A stretch of DNA of 32,000 nt from Opitutales bacterium (GCA_965219535.1 CBDCNV010000001.1:780001-812000); one strand, 5' to 3'; counted from the first letter of the stretch, positions 1-9,089 are shown. Numbers and translations are program-made. Notes: generated from the letters alone by a model not told the origin.

Positions 1-229
1 AGTTATTCTCATTTAGCTATACCGTTAACTATAACATTAATTATTCGCCCTTAAATGGCACCTCTCTTTTTAATGTATACAGGAAAATTTAGAGAGTGAA
101 AGACGGTATAAATGACCAACCTACATTTATATTATCAAATCAGTTACATGTAGGAAAATCGTGGCATAATATTCTACCCAGTCACTTTTCAATTTAGAAA
201 TACTTTCCGCTTTCAGGACGGACCTCACG

Positions 230-1438
230 CTAATCCTTCGACGGATATAAAAACACACCTTGAATACCGCAGATCTTTTCAGCTTCGTACTGGGGATGAT
301 TTCTGGGTAATACCTGTTCATCTTTATCGGTGCTGAATGCCATGAATGATTTACCGTCGAGATTGACGGAACTGGAGTAGCCGCCGTCTGTATCGTAATC
401 CTGGATAATCTCCCGGGGCGACCAGGTCACACCCTGGTCCATCGAGGAGTGCATGATCATGTCCTGGTCAGGCGTATATCTTCCGTGGAGCACGAGGGTG
501 TCGCCAACCCAGTGAAGGACTGGGCAGCGGACCGATATTCCCTCGACAAGCCGTACCGGTCCCCAGCTCTTACCGCCGTCAACACTCACCCGGGAATAAT
601 TCTTCTCTTCCCCGTCGGGCAAATAAACCAGGCCCAGGACATAAATGCTGCCGTCGGGAAGAAAAGTGAATGTTGGATACCGCATCACCGCGGTATAGAC
701 ATCGGGTTCCCATTCTCTCGGAGCGACTGGTGAAGGAAAGACAGCACTGCGTCTCTGCCATGTCTCGCCATTATCTTCACTGATGTATAATAATACACCG
801 GCGTAAAAGCTGGGTGAGACCAAATAAATAGTGCCGTTTCGGGTGAGGATATTAGAAGTGGATCCTTCTATGTAATGAGGAGTTTCCGGGTCAATGTAGC
901 CTTTATATTCATAGGTTTTACCATGATCGTCACTGATGAGGTAAACACACCCGGCAAACTGTTCTCCCCCCAGTACCAGGTTCTCAGCTTCGGCTTCTTG
1001 AATAAGTTCGGGGTTTGTTGTTTGGACCAATAGCACCAGTCTCCCATCCGGTGCGCGTGCAAAGGTAGTTCCATATGCGCTTTCGCTTGGATTTCTTTTA
1101 CCATGATCGTAAATAACGCCTTCATAGTTCCATGATTCACCGCCATCCGTGCTGCGCGCTTGCACGATATTGCCTACGCCATGCACGCGTCCCTGGCCGC
1201 TCGCGACGAGGAGATCTCCGTTCGCGGCCACGATCGTTGTCGGACAATGAAAATAAGTTTCAGGAGTACCGAAGGAGTGTGGAATTATGTCAAAGGGTTT
1301 GCCGATTATCGGTGCACCCGAATTATGTTGATCCCCAAGTTTATAATTACCTTCATCAATTTTAAATTTCGCACTCTCAAAAACAACAAATATCGCGATA
1401 CCCGAGATGGCGACAATTAGTAAACGGCGGTAATTCAT
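230..1438 (-). CDS. Membrane-anchored or secreted BNR/Asp-box sialidase-fold (GH33-like) beta-propeller protein
   Basis: 402-aa ORF with an N-terminal hydrophobic segment (LLIVAISGIAIFVVF). Five Asp-box motifs S-x-D-x-G-x-[TS]-[WY] (STDGGESW, SDDHGKTY, SEDNGETW, SVDGGKSW, SMDQGVTW) are spaced as in six-bladed sialidase propellers. The segment aligned to the sialidase YRIP motif reads FHCP. Confidence 0.8.
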   Translation of the reverse strand: MNYRRLLIVAISGIAIFVVFESAKFKIDEGNYKLGDQHNSGAPIIGKPFDIIPHSFGTPETYFHCPTTIVAANGDLLVASGQGRVHGVGNIVQARSTDGGESWNYEGVIYDHGKRNPSESAYGTTFARAPDGRLVLLVQTTNPELIQEAEAENLVLGGEQFAGCVYLISDDHGKTYEYKGYIDPETPHYIEGSTSNILTRNGTIYLVSPSFYAGVLLYISEDNGETWQRRSAVFPSPVAPREWEPDVYTAVMRYPTFTFLPDGSIYVLGLVYLPDGEEKNYSRVSVDGGKSWGPVRLVEGISVRCPVLHWVGDTLVLHGRYTPDQDMIMHSSMDQGVTWSPREIIQDYDTDGGYSSSVNLDGKSFMAFSTDKDEQVLPRNHPQYEAEKICGIQGVFLYPSKD

Positions 1439-1621
1439 ATTTCAGTTTGGTCAGCGTTAAATAGCGTATTCCATCGTTAAAGATAAGCCAGCAAATATTT
1501 GGAGGAGTAGATAGGGTATTTTAAAGATTTCAGTCCTAACTTTGGGACGATTATGTGGAAATCGAGAAAGATTGGATTTACCTCTTTTCACACCGCATAA
1601 AATATACTATAAATAAAAAAG

Positions 1622-2104
1622 GTGAGAAAATCGTATTTTAATAAGAAGGTTACATCTAAGAGGGCATTTACTCTAGTAGAGATAATGGTTGTTGTCGTCA
1701 TTGTCGGAATACTCGCGACAATAGCGATACCCTATATTCGCCGAGTACGGGAGTCAGCCCAGAATGGTTATTTGATTAATAACTGGCGTGTATTTGCTGA
1801 GGGCTTTGAACAATATGCACAGGAATCGGGCAGCTATCCGCCCGATGTCAATCGGGGAGTTATCCCCACCGGAATGGATGTTCATCTGAGTAATACAAAT
1901 TGGACTCAGGTTACACCGGTTGGTGGTAACTGGGACTGGGATGTCGGCGTTTATGGATTCACCGCTGGTATCAGTATCGTCGACACTAATTTAGCTGTTA
2001 TCCAGATGCAGAGACTGGATGCTACTTTTGATGACGGAGATTTAAGCACGGGTTTATTTCGACGCGTAGCCTCTAGCCGTTACTCGTACATACTGGAGCC
2101 ATAA
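1622..2104 (+). CDS. Prepilin-type N-terminal cleavage/methylation domain protein (pseudopilin-like)
   Basis: 160-aa ORF with a GTG start. It carries a class III signal motif, KRA|FTLVEIMVVVVIVGILATIAIP: a basic leader, Phe+1, Glu+5 and a hydrophobic helix. Confidence 0.8.
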   Translation: MRKSYFNKKVTSKRAFTLVEIMVVVVIVGILATIAIPYIRRVRESAQNGYLINNWRVFAEGFEQYAQESGSYPPDVNRGVIPTGMDVHLSNTNWTQVTPVGGNWDWDVGVYGFTAGISIVDTNLAVIQMQRLDATFDDGDLSTGLFRRVASSRYSYILEP

Positions 2105-2166
2105 TAAGCAAAAGTTTACCCATAGATTTCCTTCAGGTATACTTTGGTAAACTGATCGGATTAAGA

Positions 2167-2526
2167 TTATCTTTCAGCGATCTCCGGATACAGAACCGAA
2201 CGATACTCTAAGTATTTGGAAGGACTGACGTCATAATAGTGTTTAAAGACGTGGCTGAAATGAGAGGCGGTTTTAAATCCGAGCTGTATGGCAACCGATT
2301 TGATCGAGGTGGCTTCCAATAAAAGATAACGTGCGGCGATCATCCGCTGCTCATTCAACCAATCCTGGGGGCTACGATGAAAATCAGTGTAAAAGTAACG
2401 TTCCAATTGTCGAACTGTGACCCCGGTTAATTCAGCTAACTTATGCGCATTGTATTCTGATAGCGAGGCCATGCGCAACCAGTGTTGAGGACGATCTAAA
2501 TGATTTAATCTCCAGTGTCTATTCAC
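2167..2526 (-). CDS. AraC-family helix-turn-helix DNA-binding protein (HTH domain only)
   Basis: 119-aa ORF with a GTG start and the dual-HTH pattern typical of AraC C-termini (LAELTGVTVRQLERYF ... IKSVAIQLGFKTASHFSHVFKHYYDVSPSKY). No ligand-binding or receiver domain lies in the same frame. Confidence 0.8.
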   Translation of the reverse strand: MNRHWRLNHLDRPQHWLRMASLSEYNAHKLAELTGVTVRQLERYFYTDFHRSPQDWLNEQRMIAARYLLLEATSIKSVAIQLGFKTASHFSHVFKHYYDVSPSKYLEYRSVLYPEIAER

Positions 2527-2569
2527 AATCGTGCCTGAAACTTGCTTCTCAGTAATCCCCTGAAGTTCA

Positions 2570-2932
2570 TTAAAGCAGCTTTCCCACAGCTTCCTTCAAT
2601 TCATCGATTGCGAATGGCTTCATCAGCGTATTATCGACGCCCAGACTTTTTGCGGTATCCATATAGCGTTCAGGCCCATCACTGCTTCCCCCGGAAATCG
2701 CTATAATCCTGGTTTCAGGCATTTGCTTTTTTGCATGCATTATGATATCAAACCCATCGGTATCCTCCATGATAATGTCAGTAATGATCAGTGCAGGTTT
2801 TAATTTTTCGAGAATTTTCAGAGCCTCTAGACCGCCGGAGGCTGAAATTACTTCATAACCTTCTGACTCAAGCAGCGTCAAGATCGATTGACGAAGAATC
2901 CCATCATCTTCAACTATGAGGATAGTTTTCAT
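2570..2932 (-). CDS. Stand-alone response-regulator receiver (CheY-like)
   Basis: 120-aa ORF with receiver signatures: ILIVEDD, phospho-acceptor context LIITDIIMEDTDG, IIAISG, and K in LMKPF. Confidence 0.9.
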   Translation of the reverse strand: MKTILIVEDDGILRQSILTLLESEGYEVISASGGLEALKILEKLKPALIITDIIMEDTDGFDIIMHAKKQMPETRIIAISGGSSDGPERYMDTAKSLGVDNTLMKPFAIDELKEAVGKLL

Positions 2933-3278
2933 TAGAATATTTACCGCCTGGCCATTTATAATCAGCTGATTGATATTAAATAATCATGTAATAGTTATAA
3001 TCAATCACTTGTGGTTGTTCCAGAACGACATTGATTATTATTTTACGACCTTTATTCTCGAATTAACTAACTGAGTTGTTTGCGAACCTTTCAAAAATTA
3101 GCGGTCATATAAAGAGGTGAAAGGAATCAGCTCTTGAATCTAACTCGAGATCGCTCCTTATAGGGTCCGGTACTGATTTATTTTTATATTTAAATGCTAA
3201 TATCAACCTTATCGACCGCCTCTGCAATTTATGCAAAACTCACTGTTGATTAAAAAGTTAGAAATGTGTACTCCTTAA

Positions 3279-4544
3279 ATGAAGTTTTTGAGATCAATTA
3301 TCACGTTATTAATTTTGTCCAGCTTTGCATTCGGTAGTGGGGACAGCCAATTATCAATTCCTCCGGCTGTTGGAAAAAGTGAGGATGCCGATGCCCTCTA
3401 TCGCCATGGACTCAAATATCAACTTGGCATTGGGTTAGAGCAGGATAATTACGAGGCCTTTAAATGGTTTTACAAAGCTGCTATGGGTGGAAACGCTCCA
3501 GCCCAATATAGCGTCGCGTTGATGTATTACTCGGGCCAAGGTGTCGGTCAACATACGGATAAAGCAGTAAATTGGTATTGGAAGGCTGCTGAGAATGGTC
3601 ATGCCGAAGCGCAATTCATAATGGGGTGGATGTTTGAAGCCGGCCAGGGAGTTGAAAAAAATATTGGCATAGCGGTTGAATGGTACCTTAAAGCAGCTCG
3701 GCAGGGTAATGCTGAAGCCCAGTTTAATCTTGGGTGGTTATATGATACCGGACAGGGAGTTAGAAAAAATACAAGCAGCGCCGTTGAATGGTATAGAAAA
3801 GCAGCTGAACAGAGACACGGTTATGCGCAAATTTACCTCGGCAGGATGTACGCTAAGGGACGGGGTGTAGAAAAAGATGATATCGAGGCATTCAAATGGT
3901 TTCACATGGCCGCGGAACAGGGAGTAATACGCGCCCAATTAAACATTGGGGGAATGTACTATTCCAGTGAGAAAAGAGAGCAGGATTTTGCTAGAGCTGC
4001 AAATTGGTATCGTATGGCTGCCGAGCAGGGGAACGCACTGGCTCAATATAACCTTGGCGGGATGTACGCAAACGGGCAGGGAGTAGAGAATGATTATATC
4101 TGGGCTTACGTCTGGCTTAGTCTCTCTGCCGAACAAGATTACCGCCCGAGCATAGTTCATTTAGAGAGACTAAAAGAAGCGATGACTACAGCACAGATAG
4201 CTCTCGCTGAAAAAGAATTATCCAATGAGCGAGCAATGGAGGCAGAAAATCAAGGTGATCGTCCTTTTGAGCCTGGGAAAATGGATGAAACACCAAAAAT
4301 CGTATACAAGGTTGATCCTGTATTTCCTTCAGCATTGACCAGAAAAGGGGTTGGCGGAAAAGTCGTGGTTTCCTATATCGTGGATGAAGCAGGAATGGTG
4401 CAGTATCCGCGAATAGATACATCCGCAGATTATGTTTTAGATTTCGCAGTGTTGGACGCGATAAAGAAATGGCGATTTACACCGGGTATCCATAAAGGGA
4501 AAATAGTCAAAACCAGGATGCGTTCTGTCTACTCGGTTCAATAA
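3279..4544 (+). CDS. Secreted Sel1-repeat protein with a C-terminal TonB_C-like domain
   Basis: 421-aa ORF with a signal peptide (ITLLILSSFAFGSG) and seven consecutive 36-aa Sel1 units (consensus AxAQxxLGxMYxxGxGVxxDxxxAxxWYxKAAEQG). The C-terminal ~85 aa match the TonB C-terminal pattern (PVFPSALTRKGVGGKVVVSYIVDEAGMV...DFAVLDAIKKWRFTPG). Confidence 0.85.
   Translation: MKFLRSIITLLILSSFAFGSGDSQLSIPPAVGKSEDADALYRHGLKYQLGIGLEQDNYEAFKWFYKAAMGGNAPAQYSVALMYYSGQGVGQHTDKAVNWYWKAAENGHAEAQFIMGWMFEAGQGVEKNIGIAVEWYLKAARQGNAEAQFNLGWLYDTGQGVRKNTSSAVEWYRKAAEQRHGYAQIYLGRMYAKGRGVEKDDIEAFKWFHMAAEQGVIRAQLNIGGMYYSSEKREQDFARAANWYRMAAEQGNALAQYNLGGMYANGQGVENDYIWAYVWLSLSAEQDYRPSIVHLERLKEAMTTAQIALAEKELSNERAMEAENQGDRPFEPGKMDETPKIVYKVDPVFPSALTRKGVGGKVVVSYIVDEAGMVQYPRIDTSADYVLDFAVLDAIKKWRFTPGIHKGKIVKTRMRSVYSVQ
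3387..4142 (+). repeat. Seven tandem 108-nt coding repeats (Sel1 units) inside the 3279..4544 CDS
   Basis: The translated units are each exactly 36 aa: ADALY..GGN, APAQY..NGH, AEAQF..QGN, AEAQF..QRH, GYAQI..QGV, IRAQL..QGN, ALAQY..QDY. Confidence 0.85.
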
Positions 4545-4619
4545 CTTCATGCACATTTCCATGACATCATTCCACATAGACCTGAGCACTTATTATTTTA
4601 GCCAGGGGATAATTAAAAA

Positions 4620-5009
4620 ATGAACCACAGTGTTATCGCAGCGATAATTGCATTGTTCGGCATTTTTATAAGTCTTGCGTGCGTAATAGGACTCTATTCT
4701 CCAAGCATGATAATCGAGTGGGTAATCTCATTATGGAAACGAAAATTTGTTTTTTACATCGCAGTCGGTATTCGTCTGGTCTTTGGAATCTTATTCATAA
4801 TCGCGGCACCTGAATCCAGATTCCCCCTGTTCTTCCAATTTTTCGGCTATCTTATGATCGCTGCGGCCGTATTATTATCTGTTTTGGGACGTGGGCGCAT
4901 TAGCCGGCTCCTCAACTCGTTGAAGCATCTTCCTCCCATACTCTTTCGACTATGGTTGAGTGTAGGCATCCTGTTTGGAATCTTTATTGTATATGGTGTG
5001 AATAGGTAA
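4620..5009 (+). CDS. Small integral membrane protein, function unknown
   Basis: 129-aa ORF with about four hydrophobic helices. I recognised no family motif. Confidence 0.6.
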   Translation: MNHSVIAAIIALFGIFISLACVIGLYSPSMIIEWVISLWKRKFVFYIAVGIRLVFGILFIIAAPESRFPLFFQFFGYLMIAAAVLLSVLGRGRISRLLNSLKHLPPILFRLWLSVGILFGIFIVYGVNR

Positions 5010-5141
5010 GGCAGTGTGATTACCTGGGGGAATTACATGCCTAAATTCTTTTCAATTTTTTTGAATCCAAAAGGCGACGATACTGCGTCAAATATAGGAT
5101 AGAGAATAAATAGAACCTTAAACCAAATCACCTAATAAAAA

Positions 5142-5591
5142 ATGATCAAAATAGCAGTAATAGTATTAAGCCTTGGACTAGTCGGGCTCTTTCTTGGTTT
5201 TCACAAACCCAACATAGATAGGGCCGATAGAATGTTCGATGAGATGTCTTCAAAATTGGACCTTACTGAGAATCAAAGAGCGGAATTAAAGCTTATAGTC
5301 GACGAATTCAGGAAAGTTAAGGAAGATGTGAATATTGAGCGTCAAAAACATAGAGAGGAATTCATTAATATCCTGGCCGCGGAATCATTTGACCCGGTCG
5401 ATATCCAGGAATTAGTAAAAAAGGGTCAGCAAAATGTAGATGAATATGCGTCCCGGCTTATAGAAAATGTCACTGAACTTCATGAAAGCCTAAATCTGGA
5501 ACAGAGAATTAAACTTGTTGGTGAAATTAATAAGCACGCACCCGAAAATGGAAATGATGAAAGAGGGTATCATCACTCGCATTGGCATTAA
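5142..5591 (+). CDS. CpxP/Spy/ZraP-family periplasmic protein with a His-rich tail
   Basis: 149-aa ORF with an N-terminal hydrophobic signal/anchor. It has an LTxxQ motif (LDLTENQRAEL) and a second degenerate copy (LNLEQRIKL) in a helical, charged sequence. The C-terminus is GYHHSHWH. Confidence 0.7.
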   Translation: MIKIAVIVLSLGLVGLFLGFHKPNIDRADRMFDEMSSKLDLTENQRAELKLIVDEFRKVKEDVNIERQKHREEFINILAAESFDPVDIQELVKKGQQNVDEYASRLIENVTELHESLNLEQRIKLVGEINKHAPENGNDERGYHHSHWH

Positions 5592-5633
5592 TTGGATTAT
5601 ATAATTAGATACGGAAAATATATAAACATTTGT

Positions 5634-5665
5634 CGCTGTCTTTCCTGCATTGCGGAAAGATGGCG
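5634..5665 (+). terminator. Possible transcript-end hairpin downstream of the CpxP-like gene
   Basis: A 12-bp stem (cgctgtctttcc / ggaaagatggcg) with an 8-nt loop. The two non-Watson-Crick positions are G-U pairs only in the + strand RNA. No U-tract follows, so this is not a canonical intrinsic terminator. Confidence 0.3.
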
Positions 5666-5717
5666 GCAACCATTACGGACACAGCCTGAGTAGAATAAAT
5701 ATAGTCGAACAGGTTCT

Positions 5718-7406
5718 CTATGTAAATCGGGTACTCCATGCCGCGATCATTTCGGCAACAAAGGTTGAATCCTTCTTGCGTGTCAGGAGATGATCAGCAT
5801 CGTCGAGGGAGATAAAACTTTTTGGGTGCTTTGCCGCGTCATATATGTGGCGGGCGTGATCAATGCTTACCGTTTGATCGCCGGGAGCGTGCATAACTAG
5901 AAGATTCGGACGCGATTCACTTAAGCTCTTGAGCACGCTTTGATTATCAAGATCTTCGAGGAATTGTTTTTTTACTCGAAACTCTCGGCCTGCCAGGAGG
6001 ACCGTGGCTTCGCCCTCGGTTTCGATTTTCTCTAAATTACTTTTAAAAAGATGGCTGATGTGAGAGGGATCGGAAGGCGCTCCGATAGTCACGATTCCTT
6101 TCACCTCGGGTATCTGTGAACCTGCCGCGATTACCGCCGTCCCACCAAGACTGTGTCCAATCAGAAGTGTAGGAGCGGCGATATTATCGCGGAGAAAATC
6201 TGCCGCACTGACAAGATCCTGGATGTTCGAGGAAAAATTAGTATTCGCGAAGTCCCCATCGCTGTTCCCGAGACCGGTAAAATCGAATCGCAGGACGGCA
6301 AAACCTTTACCGGCAAGGGCGCGGCTGATCCGGGTCGCCGCCGCAATTTCCTTGGAACAGGTAAAACAGTGGACAAATAATGCAATTGCCTTGGGCGGTT
6401 CTGACGGTTGTTCCAGTCGCGCATCGAGTTCAATACCATCACTGTTAAGAAATGATACTTTTCCACCCTCAACTTTGGATTGGGTGACCTCATTCTCAGG
6501 GAAAAGCGTTTTGAAATAGTTATCTATAGTCGTAAACGCATTGAGACCCGTGATCCATTTTTCAGGGATACTCTCCAGACCGTATTTGCTTCCCAGGACC
6601 ATGCCTATAATCAAGCCACGAGCGGCAGAATCACCCCCGGCCATTATATTTTCAATGTTTGCGGTTTCAAATGAGTCACCGTATTTAAGGAGTAGATAAA
6701 GTGTTGCGGGAAAGGCATGGTCAATGTGGCAGTCCTGTCCGAGTTTTTGTAACGCACTTACAGAGTCCAACTCCAGATGGTTTATCGCCAATTCCAACCA
6801 TTCTTCGGCTGGAAGATGGTTGTAATCAAAGAGTGCGGCATATTCGATGGCCGCTTCTACCCCGATTCCTTCAAAGATACGGAATACAACCCGAGCGAAG
6901 AAGGTTGCGGTTTCGATTACCTGGGGGTCGTTATGGGTCATCGCGGTTTGCTCTTCCACCACAGATTGCACTTCGTTGAAATCTTTCTGCGCGTAAGCGA
7001 TGAGGATAGGGGCTATCCTTGAAGCGCCAGCCAGATCATTAGAAGAAGACCCCGCTTTTTCAGGGGAGATACCCGAAGATAGAAGATCCAGTGTGTCTTT
7101 TGTCGCCCCATCCACGTATCCCTCGTAGTTGCTGAAAAGCTGCTGCCAACGCGTGGAAAAATCGGATGAATCAAAAGCGCGCTGTTTGGCAACTGATTCC
7201 AGTAGCACCAGTGTCTGGTCCCCGTAATGGGTAAAGTCTCCACTCTTTTTCGTCGGATGATATTTGTTTGCTTCGGGTAAATTGTAGTCGGTGACACGCC
7301 CGAACTTCCGCTCGATCATTTTTGGATTATAAATCCAAAGAGAGCCCATTGACAGTGCGTCGCCGATAAATGATCCGAGAAGGAGAGCTTTTAATTGAGA
7401 TTGCAT
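5718..7406 (-). CDS. Fusion protein: N-terminal ADP-ribosylglycohydrolase-family domain and C-terminal alpha/beta hydrolase domain
   Basis: 562-aa ORF. N-terminal ~300 aa carry ARH-family signatures ([14 protein letters not shown] near the start, [16 protein letters not shown] near the domain end). C-terminal ~240 aa have a nucleophile elbow GHSLGG preceded by [11 protein letters not shown]...[12 protein letters not shown], with a late DADHLL His motif. Confidence 0.8.
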   Translation of the reverse strand: MQSQLKALLLGSFIGDALSMGSLWIYNPKMIERKFGRVTDYNLPEANKYHPTKKSGDFTHYGDQTLVLLESVAKQRAFDSSDFSTRWQQLFSNYEGYVDGATKDTLDLLSSGISPEKAGSSSNDLAGASRIAPILIAYAQKDFNEVQSVVEEQTAMTHNDPQVIETATFFARVVFRIFEGIGVEAAIEYAALFDYNHLPAEEWLELAINHLELDSVSALQKLGQDCHIDHAFPATLYLLLKYGDSFETANIENIMAGGDSAARGLIIGMVLGSKYGLESIPEKWITGLNAFTTIDNYFKTLFPENEVTQSKVEGGKVSFLNSDGIELDARLEQPSEPPKAIALFVHCFTCSKEIAAATRISRALAGKGFAVLRFDFTGLGNSDGDFANTNFSSNIQDLVSAADFLRDNIAAPTLLIGHSLGGTAVIAAGSQIPEVKGIVTIGAPSDPSHISHLFKSNLEKIETEGEATVLLAGREFRVKKQFLEDLDNQSVLKSLSESRPNLLVMHAPGDQTVSIDHARHIYDAAKHPKSFISLDDADHLLTRKKDSTFVAEMIAAWSTRFT

Positions 7407-7519
7407 GGTTAGATTGTGCCTAATAGCTCGAAGCTCTACTGATTTGTATATGACACGAGAGGGGTTATCCCATACTCTTAATTAAAGCAGGGGTAAAATC
7501 GAGGTTGTTTTCAATTTGG

Positions 7520-7921
7520 TTAAATACCCTCAATTGTTTCTTTGCGGTCGCCAGCGAGGTAACGTATGACATCGATGACGTCAATTACGAGAGCAACAGC
7601 GTTAAGGGTCATCAGGACCCTGATCCAAATGCCGTAAATATCGTCGGAGGGATAATGACTAAGACGGGTCGAAAGGAAATATAGCAAAGGGAACCAGAGA
7701 AAATGGCCCAACCCCAATAACCGCGTAAAGCCGGAAAAGCCGGTTAATAGAGTCATGAGAATCATACTGCCAAACAAAGTACCTACAACTACCTGGGCCT
7801 CCAAGCGGTCGATGAAAAAGAGCGGCACGATCAGGTTAACTGCAACCAACAACATTACCCACAATTGCCAGTGAAGAGGCATACGCAGAATTCCTTTGTT
7901 GAATTTTATGAATGCTCTCAT
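7520..7921 (-). CDS. Small integral membrane protein, function unknown
   Basis: 133-aa ORF with four predicted hydrophobic helices and no recognised motif. Confidence 0.6.
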   Translation of the reverse strand: MRAFIKFNKGILRMPLHWQLWVMLLVAVNLIVPLFFIDRLEAQVVVGTLFGSMILMTLLTGFSGFTRLLGLGHFLWFPLLYFLSTRLSHYPSDDIYGIWIRVLMTLNAVALVIDVIDVIRYLAGDRKETIEGI

Positions 7922-8033
7922 TGAGTTTGTTTTTTAAAACAAATCATTCTTTTAGAAAAGAGTTTAAAAACAGGATCTTATTCCCTGCAATTCACAATTG
8001 ATTATACTCGCCTGACGAATAGGATGGAGTGAT

Positions 8034-8933
8034 ATGAATACAATTAATGCCGAACAATTAAACAACCATAAAACGGATGATCCCAATTTATTGATCATCG
8101 ACGTACGCCTCTCAGAGCATTTCGACCGGGAGCATATTCCGGGAGCTCTCAATAATTGTGTCTTTGAAATGGATTATGTGGAACGTATTTTGGAAATGGT
8201 TACGGAGAAAAACTTACCGGTTTGTGTTTACGGCGCGGCCGCAGACAGTTTTGAATCGAAAGTAGCGGCAGAAAAGCTCGTGAGAGCAGGCTATGATAAC
8301 GTGCATGACTTTCGGGGCGGTTTGGATGCCTGGCGCGAAGCAGGATTTGCGGTGGAAGGTAATGGGCAGATTGAAGTTCAGGAGAAGCCACCCGTAGAGG
8401 GCGAGCGGCCGATTGATACTGCGGAAAGTTTAATTGAATGGTCGGGCCAAAATCTGGGGAGCAAACATTGGGGATCACTGCAATTAAAGTCGGGCCGACT
8501 AGAATTTCGCAACGGATGCGTGGTGAGCGGTAACTTTGTTCTCGATATGAACTCGATTACTGATCTCAATATCGAAAATAAAGAGATGAGAAAAGTGCTC
8601 GAGGAACACTTGAAAAGTGATGACTTTTTCGATACCGAGAGATTTCCCGTGGCGAACTTTGAATTAACAGATGTCAATTTAATTGCCGGTGCTACATCCG
8701 GTACGCCGAATATTAATTTCAGCGGTAATTTTACCCTTCATGGAGTAACACAAAGCATTCAATTTAATGCAGTCGGTGAATTCAACGACGATGGTCAGTG
8801 GGTAGCTCAGGCCCATTTCGACATCGATCGCACGCGTTGGAATATTATCTACGGATCCGGAAAGTTCTTCAGGGGATTAGGCATGCACGTCGTGAATGAT
8901 TTCATAAACTTGCAACTGAAGATTGTCGCCTGA
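8034..8933 (+). CDS. Rhodanese-domain / YceI-like domain fusion protein
   Basis: 299-aa ORF with a GGAG RBS upstream. N-terminal ~105 aa are rhodanese-like (LLIIDVRLSEHFDREHIPGALN ... RGGLDAWREAG). C-terminal ~175 aa are YceI-like (GSLQLKSGRLEF..., FPVANFELTDV, FTLHGVTQSIQF). Confidence 0.8.
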   Translation: MNTINAEQLNNHKTDDPNLLIIDVRLSEHFDREHIPGALNNCVFEMDYVERILEMVTEKNLPVCVYGAAADSFESKVAAEKLVRAGYDNVHDFRGGLDAWREAGFAVEGNGQIEVQEKPPVEGERPIDTAESLIEWSGQNLGSKHWGSLQLKSGRLEFRNGCVVSGNFVLDMNSITDLNIENKEMRKVLEEHLKSDDFFDTERFPVANFELTDVNLIAGATSGTPNINFSGNFTLHGVTQSIQFNAVGEFNDDGQWVAQAHFDIDRTRWNIIYGSGKFFRGLGMHVVNDFINLQLKIVA

Positions 8934-9054
8934 TTTGGAGAAAGAATTGAACCGGGTTGATTTTAGACGTGTATTAGTGATATACATACTATTGTCATTC
9001 AATAGCTTGTGATATAATATATGTCTTCTCTATAAATAAAAACAAGAAACTCGC

Positions 9055-9083
9055 TTGACAACATACCAACTGGTCGGTTTATT
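9055..9083 (+). promoter_or_regulatory. Putative sigma70-type promoter of the TetR gene (TTGACA-17 nt-TTTATT), placed for a leaderless transcript
   Basis: A perfect -35 TTGACA lies at 9055-9060. After a 17-nt spacer, TTTATT lies at 9078-9083. The ATG at 9090 is 7 nt after the -10 element, and there is no Shine-Dalgarno sequence in between. Confidence 0.45.
9063..9078. promoter_or_regulatory. Putative TetR operator, copy 1 (ATACCAACTGGTCGGT)
   Basis: 16-bp element with inverted half-sites ACCAAC / GTCGGT (ACCRAC-TG-GTYGGT). It lies inside the promoter spacer of the TetR gene and is identical to the copy at 9719..9734. Confidence 0.6.
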
Positions 9084-9089
9084 ACTGCC

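Noticed and set aside
127-321. 64-aa minus-strand ORF at the window start
   Set aside because: It overlaps the 3' end of the sialidase-fold gene in another frame and has no start context or motif.
2104-2166. Inverted repeat AGTTTACC...GGTAAACT after the pseudopilin gene as a terminator
   Set aside because: The 8-bp arms are separated by a 26-nt loop with no U-tract, which is too weak to call.
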